From a bacterium (lineage in GTDB: Bacteria > Bacillota_I > Bacilli_A > RF39 > UBA660), in assembly GCA_019421005.1 (NCBI GenBank), contig JAHZGA010000003.1, positions 1-55,324 on the forward strand: a stretch of 55,324 nucleotides of DNA, read 5' to 3'. The notes beneath the pieces were generated by a model. It was not told the DNA's origin. It saw only the letters and a program-made list of their open reading frames with translations, and did no database searches. The position numbers and the translations under genes were made by a program. Positions 10,743 through 21,600 of this stretch are shown here, piece after piece (position 1 is the first letter of the stretch; each line of letters starts with the position of its first letter).

Positions 10743-11327
10743 TTAATTTTTATTAGGAATATTAATAATATTATAGTTTTCCTTATTTATTTTTAATATA
10801 TTATAGTAATTTTCTTCTAAATAATAAGTATCTATCCATTTATCATACATTATTTCTAAAAATTCTTCATCAAGTTTTTCATATAGTATCAATGTTGGTT
10901 CTTTATTAAAAGAGATATTTTTATTAGGATTTAATAAATATATATAGTTACAATCAATGTTTTCAGTCCTATATATACAAAAACTATTATATAAATAATT
11001 AATTTTTACATTGTTATTTTCATTTAAAATATTTATATCATTAATTGTAATTGATTCTAACTCATCAATATTAATTAAATTATCAATTTGTTTTATATTA
11101 AAATCATCTAGATTTTTTTTAATTTTGTTTATATCTTTTAAATTAATATTTAATAAAATATTATTTTTATTATTTTTAATTAAGATAGCTTGTTTTAAAA
11201 ATATTATTGCTAATTCATCATCTTTTAGTTTTAAATCTATTTTTTCAATAAATACTGGTTGATAATAGTTAGTTAAAAAACATAGTTCAATTGTTATTAC
11301 TAATAGAATTATAAATATTTTTTTCAT
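10743..11327 (-). CDS. Hypothetical protein with an N-terminal signal/anchor segment
   Basis: 194-aa ORF with SD AGGTG 8 nt upstream and a hydrophobic N-terminus MKKIFIILLVITIELCFL. No recognisable domain. Confidence 0.55.
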   Translation of the reverse strand: MKKIFIILLVITIELCFLTNYYQPVFIEKIDLKLKDDELAIIFLKQAILIKNNKNNILLNINLKDINKIKKNLDDFNIKQIDNLINIDELESITINDINILNENNNVKINYLYNSFCIYRTENIDCNYIYLLNPNKNISFNKEPTLILYEKLDEEFLEIMYDKWIDTYYLEENYYNILKINKENYNIINIPNKN

Positions 11328-11357
11328 AAATAAAACACCTACTTAAGTGTATGTGTT

Positions 11358-12458
11358 TCATTTAATATCTTTATATTTTTTTAATACATATTGTTTTAAA
11401 GTTGATATATCATTTTCTAATTCTTTATTAACAATATTCATTTCTAAATCTCTTATAATTCCCTTTAAAAACGGCCCTGGAGCTTTATTTAATAAGTTAC
11501 ATATATCATTAGCCTTAAGTGCTATTTCGCCCCTATTTTTAATATATAATTCATTATATTTTTGGGTTATTGTTTTTCTATCAATATTTTTTATTTCTCC
11601 AACAATAGTTGATACGTATAAACCATATTTATATAAATTTTCATTATTCAAAACATCTTTATTTAAAAGTTCATTAATAGATTTTATAGTTTGCTTTTCA
11701 TTATTAGAAAAGTTATAAATATCTAATACATTAAGTTGAGCCCATAAGCCAATAACTGCAGTTGTAGGTTTAACATTATTAAAGTTATTTAATTCTAAAT
11801 ATTTAGCTAGTTTTAATTCTGATATTAATTTTAAACCTACTTCTGAATTTGGAGAACTAAATATCTTATTAAGTTCTTCTTGTTTTCTATTATAAGAAAG
11901 TTTTTTTAAATTTGATGCATATTTTTTCATATATTTTTTTAAGTCTTTGTCAATTTCAAAATTAAGAGTTGTAGCAAATCTTAAGGCTCTTAAAATTCTT
12001 AAGGCATCTTCTTTAATTTTGGTTTTAGGATTTCCCACCGATCTTATAATTTTATGGTTTATATCTTCTTTAGCGTTTAATAAATCAATTGTATTCCCTT
12101 TACTATCAATACATAATGTATTTATAGTAAAATCTCTTCTTTTAAGATCTTCTAGTAAATTATCGATATATTTTATTTTAACTGGATATCTTTTATCTTT
12201 ATATTTTATTTCTTTACGAAAAGTAGTTATTTCAAATTTCATTTTATTTCTAACAATTACAACCGAACCATATTGTTCATTTGGTAGATTTATATCATTA
12301 AAGATTTCTTTTAATTCTTTAGGGGTTGCATTAGTGGTGATATCAATATCTACTGATGGAATATTTAAATATTTATCTCTAGGATAGCCTCCTATAATAT
12401 AAGCTTTAAAGCCATTATTTTCTATTTGTTTTAAAATATCTAAAGCTATTTCAAACAT
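11358..12458 (-). CDS. cca: CCA-adding tRNA nucleotidyltransferase
   Basis: Pol-beta nucleotidyltransferase head GGYPRDKYL...DIDITT and RRDFTIN motif. Confidence 0.9.
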   Translation of the reverse strand: MFEIALDILKQIENNGFKAYIIGGYPRDKYLNIPSVDIDITTNATPKELKEIFNDINLPNEQYGSVVIVRNKMKFEITTFRKEIKYKDKRYPVKIKYIDNLLEDLKRRDFTINTLCIDSKGNTIDLLNAKEDINHKIIRSVGNPKTKIKEDALRILRALRFATTLNFEIDKDLKKYMKKYASNLKKLSYNRKQEELNKIFSSPNSEVGLKLISELKLAKYLELNNFNNVKPTTAVIGLWAQLNVLDIYNFSNNEKQTIKSINELLNKDVLNNENLYKYGLYVSTIVGEIKNIDRKTITQKYNELYIKNRGEIALKANDICNLLNKAPGPFLKGIIRDLEMNIVNKELENDISTLKQYVLKKYKDIK

Positions 12459-12477
12459 TTTTTCCTCCTTTTTAAAC

Positions 12478-12498
12478 TAAAAAAAGGTTATTAACCTT
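12478..12498 (-). terminator. Intrinsic terminator downstream of hup
   Basis: Minus strand AAAGGTTA-ATAACCTTT hairpin directly after the hup stop, followed by T7. Confidence 0.7.
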
Positions 12499-12771
12499 TT
12501 AGTTTAAAGCATCTTTTAATTTACTACCAGCTTTAATAGTAACCGCAATACGTTCAGGAATATTAACAGCTTCTCCTGTTCTTGGATTACGACCTACTTT
12601 AGCTTCTTTTTTCTTAGCTGTAAAAGTGCAGAATCCTGTTAATTTAACACAGCCTTCATCTTTTAAACCTTCAGCTATTCCTTCCATTGTTGCCTCTAAA
12701 GCTTTTGTAGCATCTGCTTTAGTTAAACCAGCTTTTTCAGCTATGAAATTGATTAATTCTACTTTTGTCAT
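12499..12771 (-). CDS. hup: DNA-binding protein HU
   Basis: HU fold sequence MTKVELINFIAEKAGLTKADA...GRNPRTGEAV. The ATG at 12771 has SD GGGAGG, while the upstream ATG of the track ORF has none. Confidence 0.95.
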   Translation of the reverse strand: MTKVELINFIAEKAGLTKADATKALEATMEGIAEGLKDEGCVKLTGFCTFTAKKKEAKVGRNPRTGEAVNIPERIAVTIKAGSKLKDALN

Positions 12772-12855
12772 ATATATACCTCCCAATATTTTATAAGCTA
12801 CCTTGCTTACATTTACAGAATACCACGTTTTGGTAATAAAATCAAGAGTTTTGCT

Positions 12856-14490
<1,635 letters not shown>

Positions 14491-14508
14491 TCACTATTTT
14501 CTAAAACA

Positions 14509-14537
14509 ATTGTATCAAATTTTTATTTGAAAGTCTA
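14509..14537 (-). promoter_or_regulatory. Candidate pyrG promoter (TAGACT-17-TGaTACAAT)
   Basis: Extended -10 TGATACAAT (-10 hexamer at 14514-14509) and -35 TAGACT (14537-14532). It lies just downstream of the rhodanese terminator. Confidence 0.4.
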
Positions 14538-14540
14538 GTA

Positions 14541-14566
14541 AAAAAAACTAAGAATTAAATTCTTAG
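14541..14566 (-). terminator. Intrinsic terminator of the rhodanese gene
   Basis: Minus strand CTAAGAAT-TTA-ATTCTTAG followed by T8. The stem includes the stop codon. Confidence 0.75.
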
Positions 14567-14853
14567 TTCATTAATATCCATCTTTCATATCCGCCTTCAA
14601 TATTAACAATTTTAAATCCTTGTTTTTCTAAAATCATAGCAATATTAACACTTGATTTACCTTTTTGACAATAAATATAATATGTATCATTTTTATTTAA
14701 ATATTTATTTGGATTTATTAATAATTTTTCTTGTGGAATATTTTTAGCTGTTGGAATATGGTTATTATTATATCTTTCAATTGATCTTATATCAATTATA
14801 TTAATTTGCCCCAACATTTTTTTTAAGTCGGATACCATTACACTACCTACCAT
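14563..14853 (-). CDS. Single-domain rhodanese-like sulfurtransferase
   Basis: Rhodanese layout with active-site loop CQKGKSS. SD AGGGTGA before the ATG at 14853. Confidence 0.85.
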   Translation of the reverse strand: MVGSVMVSDLKKMLGQINIIDIRSIERYNNNHIPTAKNIPQEKLLINPNKYLNKNDTYYIYCQKGKSSVNIAMILEKQGFKIVNIEGGYERWILMN

Positions 14854-14917
14854 CTTATCACCCTAACATATTATATGATTAGCATTAAAAGTTATAAATG
14901 GTAGTTGTTTAGTTTTT

Positions 14918-16990
14918 TTAATAATCATCACTGAAGAAGTCATCAAATAGTTGATCATCAGTTACATAACCAGGTTCATGATGTTCTTGTTTAGGTTCAT
15001 TTTTAACTGTTGGTTTTGGTTCAATTGATGGTCTAATTTCAACTTTTGGCTGAATTTCAATTTTAGGTTTAATTTCTTGAACTGGTTTAGTATCTTTCTT
15101 AAGTTGATTTTCTCTTTTTTCTTCTTCCTCTAATTCAGCTATTCTAGCATCAATTTTCTTAACTAATGAGTCCATATCAAATTTATTATTTGATGATGAC
15201 ATACCTCCAAATGGAAACATAGGCGGTTTATCTGATAGAGATTCCATTTCTTGAACCATTTTACTAGCTCTATCTTTTCTTGCTTTTTCAACAAATCCTT
15301 TTAAGTCAAAAACATTTATTTTCTTTTTTTCTCTTTGAGGATAACTTGCTTTAGGATATTTTTTACCCCAAGCATTTTTATTTTCTAATTGCCAGTTGGG
15401 TGTTAGAACTGTTTTAAAAGGCATTTTCCTTAATCTCAAAACAATAACTGACCATTTTTTCATTCTTTGTAGGTCACTTACAGTTACTAGTGGTGTAGAT
15501 GAAGTTTTTTCCTTTTCTTTTGATTTTACTTCTCCACATAATTTACTAATTTCTTCTAGAGCCGCTAATTCTGTACTTATTAAGTAAATTATATTACCAC
15601 AGTTACCCCTAATGGTTTCAGCATTTTCTTTACCATAAACTTCATTTAATTGAGCAAAGTTTTGAATAATAAAGTTAAATCGTATTTTTCTACTTCGAGC
15701 AGCCGTTACCATAGTAGTTACATCTTTTAATGGTGGCATATTAGCAAACTCATCTAGAATAAAATTAGTTCTAAATGGTAATTTACCACCTAATTCTTGA
15801 GCTACGTCAATTAAAGTTTCATAACATTGTTTTATAAAGATTGTTACCAATGAATGGTATGTTTTCTTTTCATCTTGAACAACTAAAAAGACGGCTGTTT
15901 TTTTTCTACCTATATCTTTCATATCAAAATCACTATGAGATAACATTTCAGATAGATTTTCTCTTGATACAAATAATCTTATTTTTTGTCTAAATACAGA
16001 TAAAACACTATCTTTAGTATCTTTAGGAGCATTTATCGTGCTGGCGGCACTGGTATAAACAGTTGAGTTAGGATCCTTTTTTGAAAAGTATTCTTTTATT
16101 ATTGTTGAAGGTCCTAATTTTTCTTCACCAACCGTTGTCATTAAACTAATGCTATTTAGGTTAATTTCTTCTTCTTTGGCATCTTCAAATAGTCCTAGAG
16201 TACATGCTGAAAAATAATCAGCTGATGTTTTTTCCCAGAATGGATCTGAACCACTAGTTTTTTCATCATATAAAATATTTAAGGCTAAATCGTCTACTAG
16301 CTCATTAGCTTTATCAATATTTCCACTTTTATATAATTGATAAGGTAAAGTTAAAGGGTTCCAACAATTACCTTTTTGCGGATTACGGAAGTTTAATAAG
16401 ACAATATTGTAGCCTTTTTCCCTTAATTCATTCGCATTGTTTTCATATATTTCACCTTTAGGGTCGGTTATAATCATTGATTCGCCTTTTTTGGCCAAAA
16501 TTTTTACCATTGGCTGAACAAGCATTTCGGTTTTTCCACTTCCGGTTGAACCAATTATAACATTATGATATTCACTATCATCAACCCAAATTTTTTTTCC
16601 GTTATTTATTAAAGGAATACCAGCATATTGACTTACAGGCGCGCCTGGTAAAACCATTTTCAATTCTTTTTTCATTTCTTTAGGTTCTAGCCAATGGGTA
16701 TAATTACTTTCTTGTTTTTGTCCTACCTTAAACCCAACACCTTTTTCTCTTTCAAATATTTTTGATGATATTCCTGAAATTATAGCAATTAGAAAAACTA
16801 TAGTTATAATCAATGTAGTCCAAAAATATTCACCAGTAAATATTGGTAGCGGGTTTAGACCATGTAATTGACCAGTTCCTCCAAATGTTGTAATATTTAT
16901 AACACCTAATCCAACTATAAAAAATAAAACAATAGCAAATATAATAAAGGCTATTAAGTCTTGTTTTTTTACTCGAATTTTAAATTTCAT
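14918..16990 (-). CDS. Type IV coupling protein (VirD4/TraG family ATPase)
   Basis: Two N-terminal TM segments, Walker A GSTGSGKT and Walker B-like NFILDEFANMP. SD GGTGGG before the ATG at 16990 (track ORF starts at 17020). Confidence 0.9.
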   Translation of the reverse strand: MKFKIRVKKQDLIAFIIFAIVLFFIVGLGVINITTFGGTGQLHGLNPLPIFTGEYFWTTLIITIVFLIAIISGISSKIFEREKGVGFKVGQKQESNYTHWLEPKEMKKELKMVLPGAPVSQYAGIPLINNGKKIWVDDSEYHNVIIGSTGSGKTEMLVQPMVKILAKKGESMIITDPKGEIYENNANELREKGYNIVLLNFRNPQKGNCWNPLTLPYQLYKSGNIDKANELVDDLALNILYDEKTSGSDPFWEKTSADYFSACTLGLFEDAKEEEINLNSISLMTTVGEEKLGPSTIIKEYFSKKDPNSTVYTSAASTINAPKDTKDSVLSVFRQKIRLFVSRENLSEMLSHSDFDMKDIGRKKTAVFLVVQDEKKTYHSLVTIFIKQCYETLIDVAQELGGKLPFRTNFILDEFANMPPLKDVTTMVTAARSRKIRFNFIIQNFAQLNEVYGKENAETIRGNCGNIIYLISTELAALEEISKLCGEVKSKEKEKTSSTPLVTVSDLQRMKKWSVIVLRLRKMPFKTVLTPNWQLENKNAWGKKYPKASYPQREKKKINVFDLKGFVEKARKDRASKMVQEMESLSDKPPMFPFGGMSSSNNKFDMDSLVKKIDARIAELEEEEKRENQLKKDTKPVQEIKPKIEIQPKVEIRPSIEPKPTVKNEPKQEHHEPGYVTDDQLFDDFFSDDY

Positions 16991-17021
16991 TTTATCCCAC
17001 CTTTGCAAAGTGCTTATCAAT

Positions 17022-17050
17022 ATTATATCACAGTTTATAGTTTTTGTATT
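17022..17050 (-). promoter_or_regulatory. Candidate promoter of the coupling-protein gene (extended -10 TGATATAAT)
   Basis: TGATATAAT at 17030-22 with a weak -35 AATACA at 17050-45, about 25 nt upstream of the SD. Confidence 0.4.
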
Positions 17051-17239
17051 GATTTTAGTGTTACAATTAACAATTTTTTTTAATTTATTATTATCTATTT
17101 TATATAAAAAGATTAATATTAAAATTAATCTTTATAGGTCTAAACTATTTTTATTTAATAAAAATTCTTGAATTTTAATTTACTGTCATTGAAAATTTTT
17201 GCCATTTACGGCATTTTTTTTCAATGAATGTTATTTAAA

Positions 17240-17266
17240 AATATTAAAAAGAAGTCAACGACTTCC
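17240..17266 (-). terminator. Intrinsic terminator after the 211-aa gene, separating it from the coupling-protein gene
   Basis: Minus strand GAAGTC-GTT-GACTTC immediately after the stop, followed by TTTTTTAATATTTTT. Confidence 0.7.
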
Positions 17267-17902
17267 TTAATTCAAATATGATGTATCACACGGTACAATT
17301 GTTTCAAAATCATTGTTACTTAATTTATACAATCCATAACATAAAAATTTCCCATTAGAATCTTCTTCAGTTATTATTACACCATAATTTTTATTAAATT
17401 TAACAACATTAGTTAAAATGAATTTAATATTATTACTATTTATTTCGCTATATTTAAATGTTTTAATCTCTAATACTTCTTTATCAATATAATAAATAGC
17501 GGAAAATGATTTAGTATTTTTTTCTGTATCAACATTTGAAATGACAATAATTTGTTCTTTTTTTCTATCTTTATCAAAATCAAATGTAACTTTTTGATTA
17601 ATAACTAAATTGTCTAATTTAACATTGAGCTTTTTTTCAAAATATTCTCTATTAATTTCACTAATTTCATTTTCATTATAACTTACATTGTGAAGATTAT
17701 CACTATTATTTAATTTTTGTTTTACTTTTTCAACACCATCAGTAGTTAATTTTAATTTTCCTTCTTCTTTAACAACAGGAAAATAATCCTTAACTACCTT
17801 TTTGGTAGCTTTTGAAACTTGAGTTTGATTAGCAAATAATAAATACATTATTACTAAATATAAACTTAAAATTAATACAACAATAACGTAAGATTTTTTC
17901 AT
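17267..17902 (-). CDS. N-terminally anchored T4SS-associated protein, paralog of the upstream gene (VirB8-role candidate)
   Basis: One N-terminal TM (VIVVLILSLYLVIMYLLF). Shares NQKVTFDFDKDRKKEQ..., FSAIYYIDKEV and C-terminal CYGLYKL...PCD with the 256-aa neighbour. Confidence 0.55.
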   Translation of the reverse strand: MKKSYVIVVLILSLYLVIMYLLFANQTQVSKATKKVVKDYFPVVKEEGKLKLTTDGVEKVKQKLNNSDNLHNVSYNENEISEINREYFEKKLNVKLDNLVINQKVTFDFDKDRKKEQIIVISNVDTEKNTKSFSAIYYIDKEVLEIKTFKYSEINSNNIKFILTNVVKFNKNYGVIITEEDSNGKFLCYGLYKLSNNDFETIVPCDTSYLN

Positions 17903-17903
17903 T

Positions 17904-18674
17904 TTAGTCGCATGCCTTTACTTTTTTATATTTTCCATATTTCAATTGATAAACTTCATAACAATCAATACAGTTATTATCAAAACATGTTTTTTCAACA
18001 AAAATCTCATTTTTACCATTTTTCTTTAAATCTATAATATGTCCAAGTGAATAATTATATCCTTCATATGCCTCATAAATATCAACTATATCTTTAGCTA
18101 AAACCGAAACTTTGTTATTATCAACATAAATTACGAATGAAAATTTTGACTTTGCCTTTACATCATCATATGCATTTGCAATGAAATATAAAGTTTCATT
18201 TTTAGAATCCCCATCAAAATCTAAATTAATTTTTTGATTTAAACTAAATCCTTCGTATTTAGTTATATCATTATCTTTCAAAACATCATTTATAATTTGC
18301 AAATCATCTGAATTTAATTCATCTATCTTATATTCGGGAACGGTATATTTTCTATTACTTTTTATAGCAAATATAGGAGTTGATATTTTAATATATTTAT
18401 CATTTTTATCAAAAACATACCATTTATTTTGATAGAATTTTATTTTATAATTTCCCAAATGTCCATTGGAGTCATACACATCATAAATTTGATTATGGTA
18501 TAGGGAAGTATCATTACTTCCCATATCAACATAACCATTTTCATATTTTATTTTTCCATTTTCACCTAAAACAATATATGTTTTATTCTTAAATAATCCA
18601 AGACCAAAAATTAAAATCATTAATACTAAATACGCGATCAAAACAATACCAATAATTATATATTTTTTTTTCAT
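17904..18674 (-). CDS. N-terminally anchored T4SS-associated protein (VirB8-role candidate)
   Basis: One N-terminal TM and SD AGGTGA. Motifs NQKINLDFDGDSKNET, FSFVIYVDNNKV and CYEVYQL...ACD are shared with the 211-aa neighbour. Confidence 0.55.
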   Translation of the reverse strand: MKKKYIIIGIVLIAYLVLMILIFGLGLFKNKTYIVLGENGKIKYENGYVDMGSNDTSLYHNQIYDVYDSNGHLGNYKIKFYQNKWYVFDKNDKYIKISTPIFAIKSNRKYTVPEYKIDELNSDDLQIINDVLKDNDITKYEGFSLNQKINLDFDGDSKNETLYFIANAYDDVKAKSKFSFVIYVDNNKVSVLAKDIVDIYEAYEGYNYSLGHIIDLKKNGKNEIFVEKTCFDNNCIDCYEVYQLKYGKYKKVKACD

Positions 18675-18684
18675 ATTTTTTCAC

Positions 18685-21600
18685 CTAATCATTCTTTTTA
18701 TAAATTAATATACGATTACAAACAGATGGACCGTATTTAATGTCATTTAGTTTGGTTAATTTACTACCAGGATCAAACATATAAATTGTATCACCTTCAA
18801 CTTTATCAATTGCTACATAGTGACCAAATGATGGTTTAGCTGTTATAACTAAATAATAGTTTTGAGCAATTAATTCTTTAGCCTTATTAGCTACATCGCT
18901 CCAACTTTTCGGATTAAATCTATAATCATCAACAAATTCAAAATTAGGAGCAAGTCCGGTAAATCTTGGAGCATCCCAGTAAATACCATTACCATCAAAT
19001 CCACCATGAGCACTTAAGTGTGCGACAAATGTACCAGGATTTAAATTAGGTATTGTAACTTCAGTTCCTGATCTAGCGATTTGAATTGCAACTGATGTCG
19101 CTGCACATCCGATTTTACATATGCTAGATGAACCTAATGAATCATTAGACCATGACATTCCACACTGTTTCCAAGTTGCAAAATCTCCACTAGCTGTATA
19201 ATTACTTGGACCACATGCACTAGCTGTTGTACTATTAGAACTTTCTATAATCCATACACCATTGTTTATTTTTCCAACATAATTACTAGCTATAGTATCT
19301 TCTTTATAATATCCTGTTCTTTCACGACTAGCGGAATCCAAAACTTTGATCTGACCTTCTTCATTAATTGAAGATAAAACCACATAATGTCCGCCTGTTG
19401 TTGCCCATTTATCTGTTCCTGGATCCTGTTTATTATGATATTCAATACCATGGTAATCAATTCCTGTTTCGTTATCAACTAATGAGGCTATTATCATTTT
19501 ATTAGCCTTTAATGCTTCTTTAATCTTATTCATTATTTCTGCATTTGATGGTTTCGAAGAAACTGATCTATCCCATATTTTGGTAACATTGATACCAAAT
19601 TTTTCTTTTAATCCAGCATCAGAATAAATCTGCCATTTTGTTCCGCTATTAGGCACTCGATAATCAGTATTATTACATACCCAATCAGCTACTGTTACTG
19701 GTGTTATTGAAGGATTATTATTCAAAGTAGCAGCTGCCATAGCGATTGAGGTTATTGAACATCCACTTGTACTTATAGTAGCTGGATATTCATGACAAAC
19801 TTTTCCATTAGTTTCATATGATGCTATCATTGACTCACAATATGCATCATTATAATCATGTTGATTATAATATATATCCTCACTTGCTCTAGTAGAGGTT
19901 TGGGTTGAATTACTTGATGAACTATTTGAATTATCAGTTGAACCTGTGTTAGCTTTTATTGCATCCAAAGTTGGATTAGGATCAATTGGACTATTAGAAG
20001 AATCACGAACTTCAAAATGTAAATGATTTCCAGTAGATGTTCCTGTTGTACCAACTTTACCTATTTCTTGTCCACCATTTACATGGTCGCCTTCTTTTAC
20101 TAAATATTTAAGCATATGTGCATATAAAGTATAATATTGATAAGAACCATCACTTTGCTTATTATGACCTATTATAACGTTATTACCATAACCAGTTGTT
20201 AAACTTTGAACTCTAGTTACATCTCCGTCAGCAATTGCATAAATACTTGTTCCTTCTGCAGCGGCATAATCTATACCAGTATGCATTTTTCTTTTCTTTG
20301 ATATAGGATGGATTCTTTCACCATATGGAGATGAAATTCTTTTATAGTCTGTTATTGGTAAATGTGAAGATCCTGCAATACCTGCTATAAAATTATCTGA
20401 AGAAGCTGTACAATTAGATGTTATTTCTTTATCAGTCCCATAAAATGATTGCAAAGCAGCATAATAATCGCCACCAGAGCTTACAGTCGCAGCCCATTGA
20501 TTTTGACCACTCTTTTGAGTAAAATTAGTATAAAACATATTTCCAGTTCCGTCAACTAAAACTTGACCTGCTACTTGATCTAGATTATTTTCAAATGTCG
20601 TTAACGCATCACCTGTTAGACCACTTTTCCAGCCAGGAACACCTTGAACATATTCCGAAACTTTACCTCCACCTCTTGAACAACCATTTTTATAATCACA
20701 ATAAACTTGATCATTTTCACAAGCACGCATTCTTATTGTATTAGTTCCTTTTTGATATCCAACAAAACAGTCATATTGTTTAGATGGACACATCGCACCC
20801 CCGCGTGTAAATGCAAAAGTTCTTGCAGCAACCGCTTGAGCTTTTTGCACTTCAGGATCGGACTCCGAAGAAACTTCAGCATATACAACACCTTTAATAT
20901 AATCTTCTAAATCAAGCGTCATTAAAACAGTGCTATTACTTTTCTTTGTTGCATTACAATTTATTAACTCAACTTTTACATTGCTGACAGTTTGTCCATC
21001 AATATTATATGAACAGTTAGTTCCACCACTTGATAATTCACATTCATTTTTATCTTCAAACCAATATGTATAGGCATCTACCTGTTCATGGATATCATCA
21101 ATTATTTTTTGAATCTGATCTTCTTCATCATCTGCTCCTGGTGTATAATATGCACTTAAATATTTAGGAATATATTCATCCCTTAAGTAATCATCGTATG
21201 CTGAATTTTCATCAGCACAATTTCCTTGTTCCATTGCTTTAACTAATTTTTTAGTTCTTTTTTTCACATCTTTTAAAACATCATCTGATTGTTCACCCTC
21301 TGATTGTTCTTCATCTGTTTGCTCTTCTTCGTATGTATATTCACTTTCTTCATCATATATCTTATCTAAACTATCATCATAATTTAGTGTTGCCAATAAC
21401 AGTTTCATGTTTAAACCATTTGAACAACTTGATTTTTCATTATATTTCTGAAGTTTCTCCATGAATTTAGCTTGATTGGAATCTTTAGGGGCAATATCTG
21501 TTATATCTTTATCATTACCTTTAAACCATTCAATAACAGAATATATTGGTTCCATTTTTGCATACAATGATTCACTTAATACAAAAATACTTAAGAATAT

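Noticed and set aside
11347-12387. Plus-strand ORFs 11347-11718 and 11947-12387
   Set aside because: Both are antisense shadows inside the well-supported cca gene. Their products are F/L/I/S-rich, as is typical of AT-rich antisense frames.
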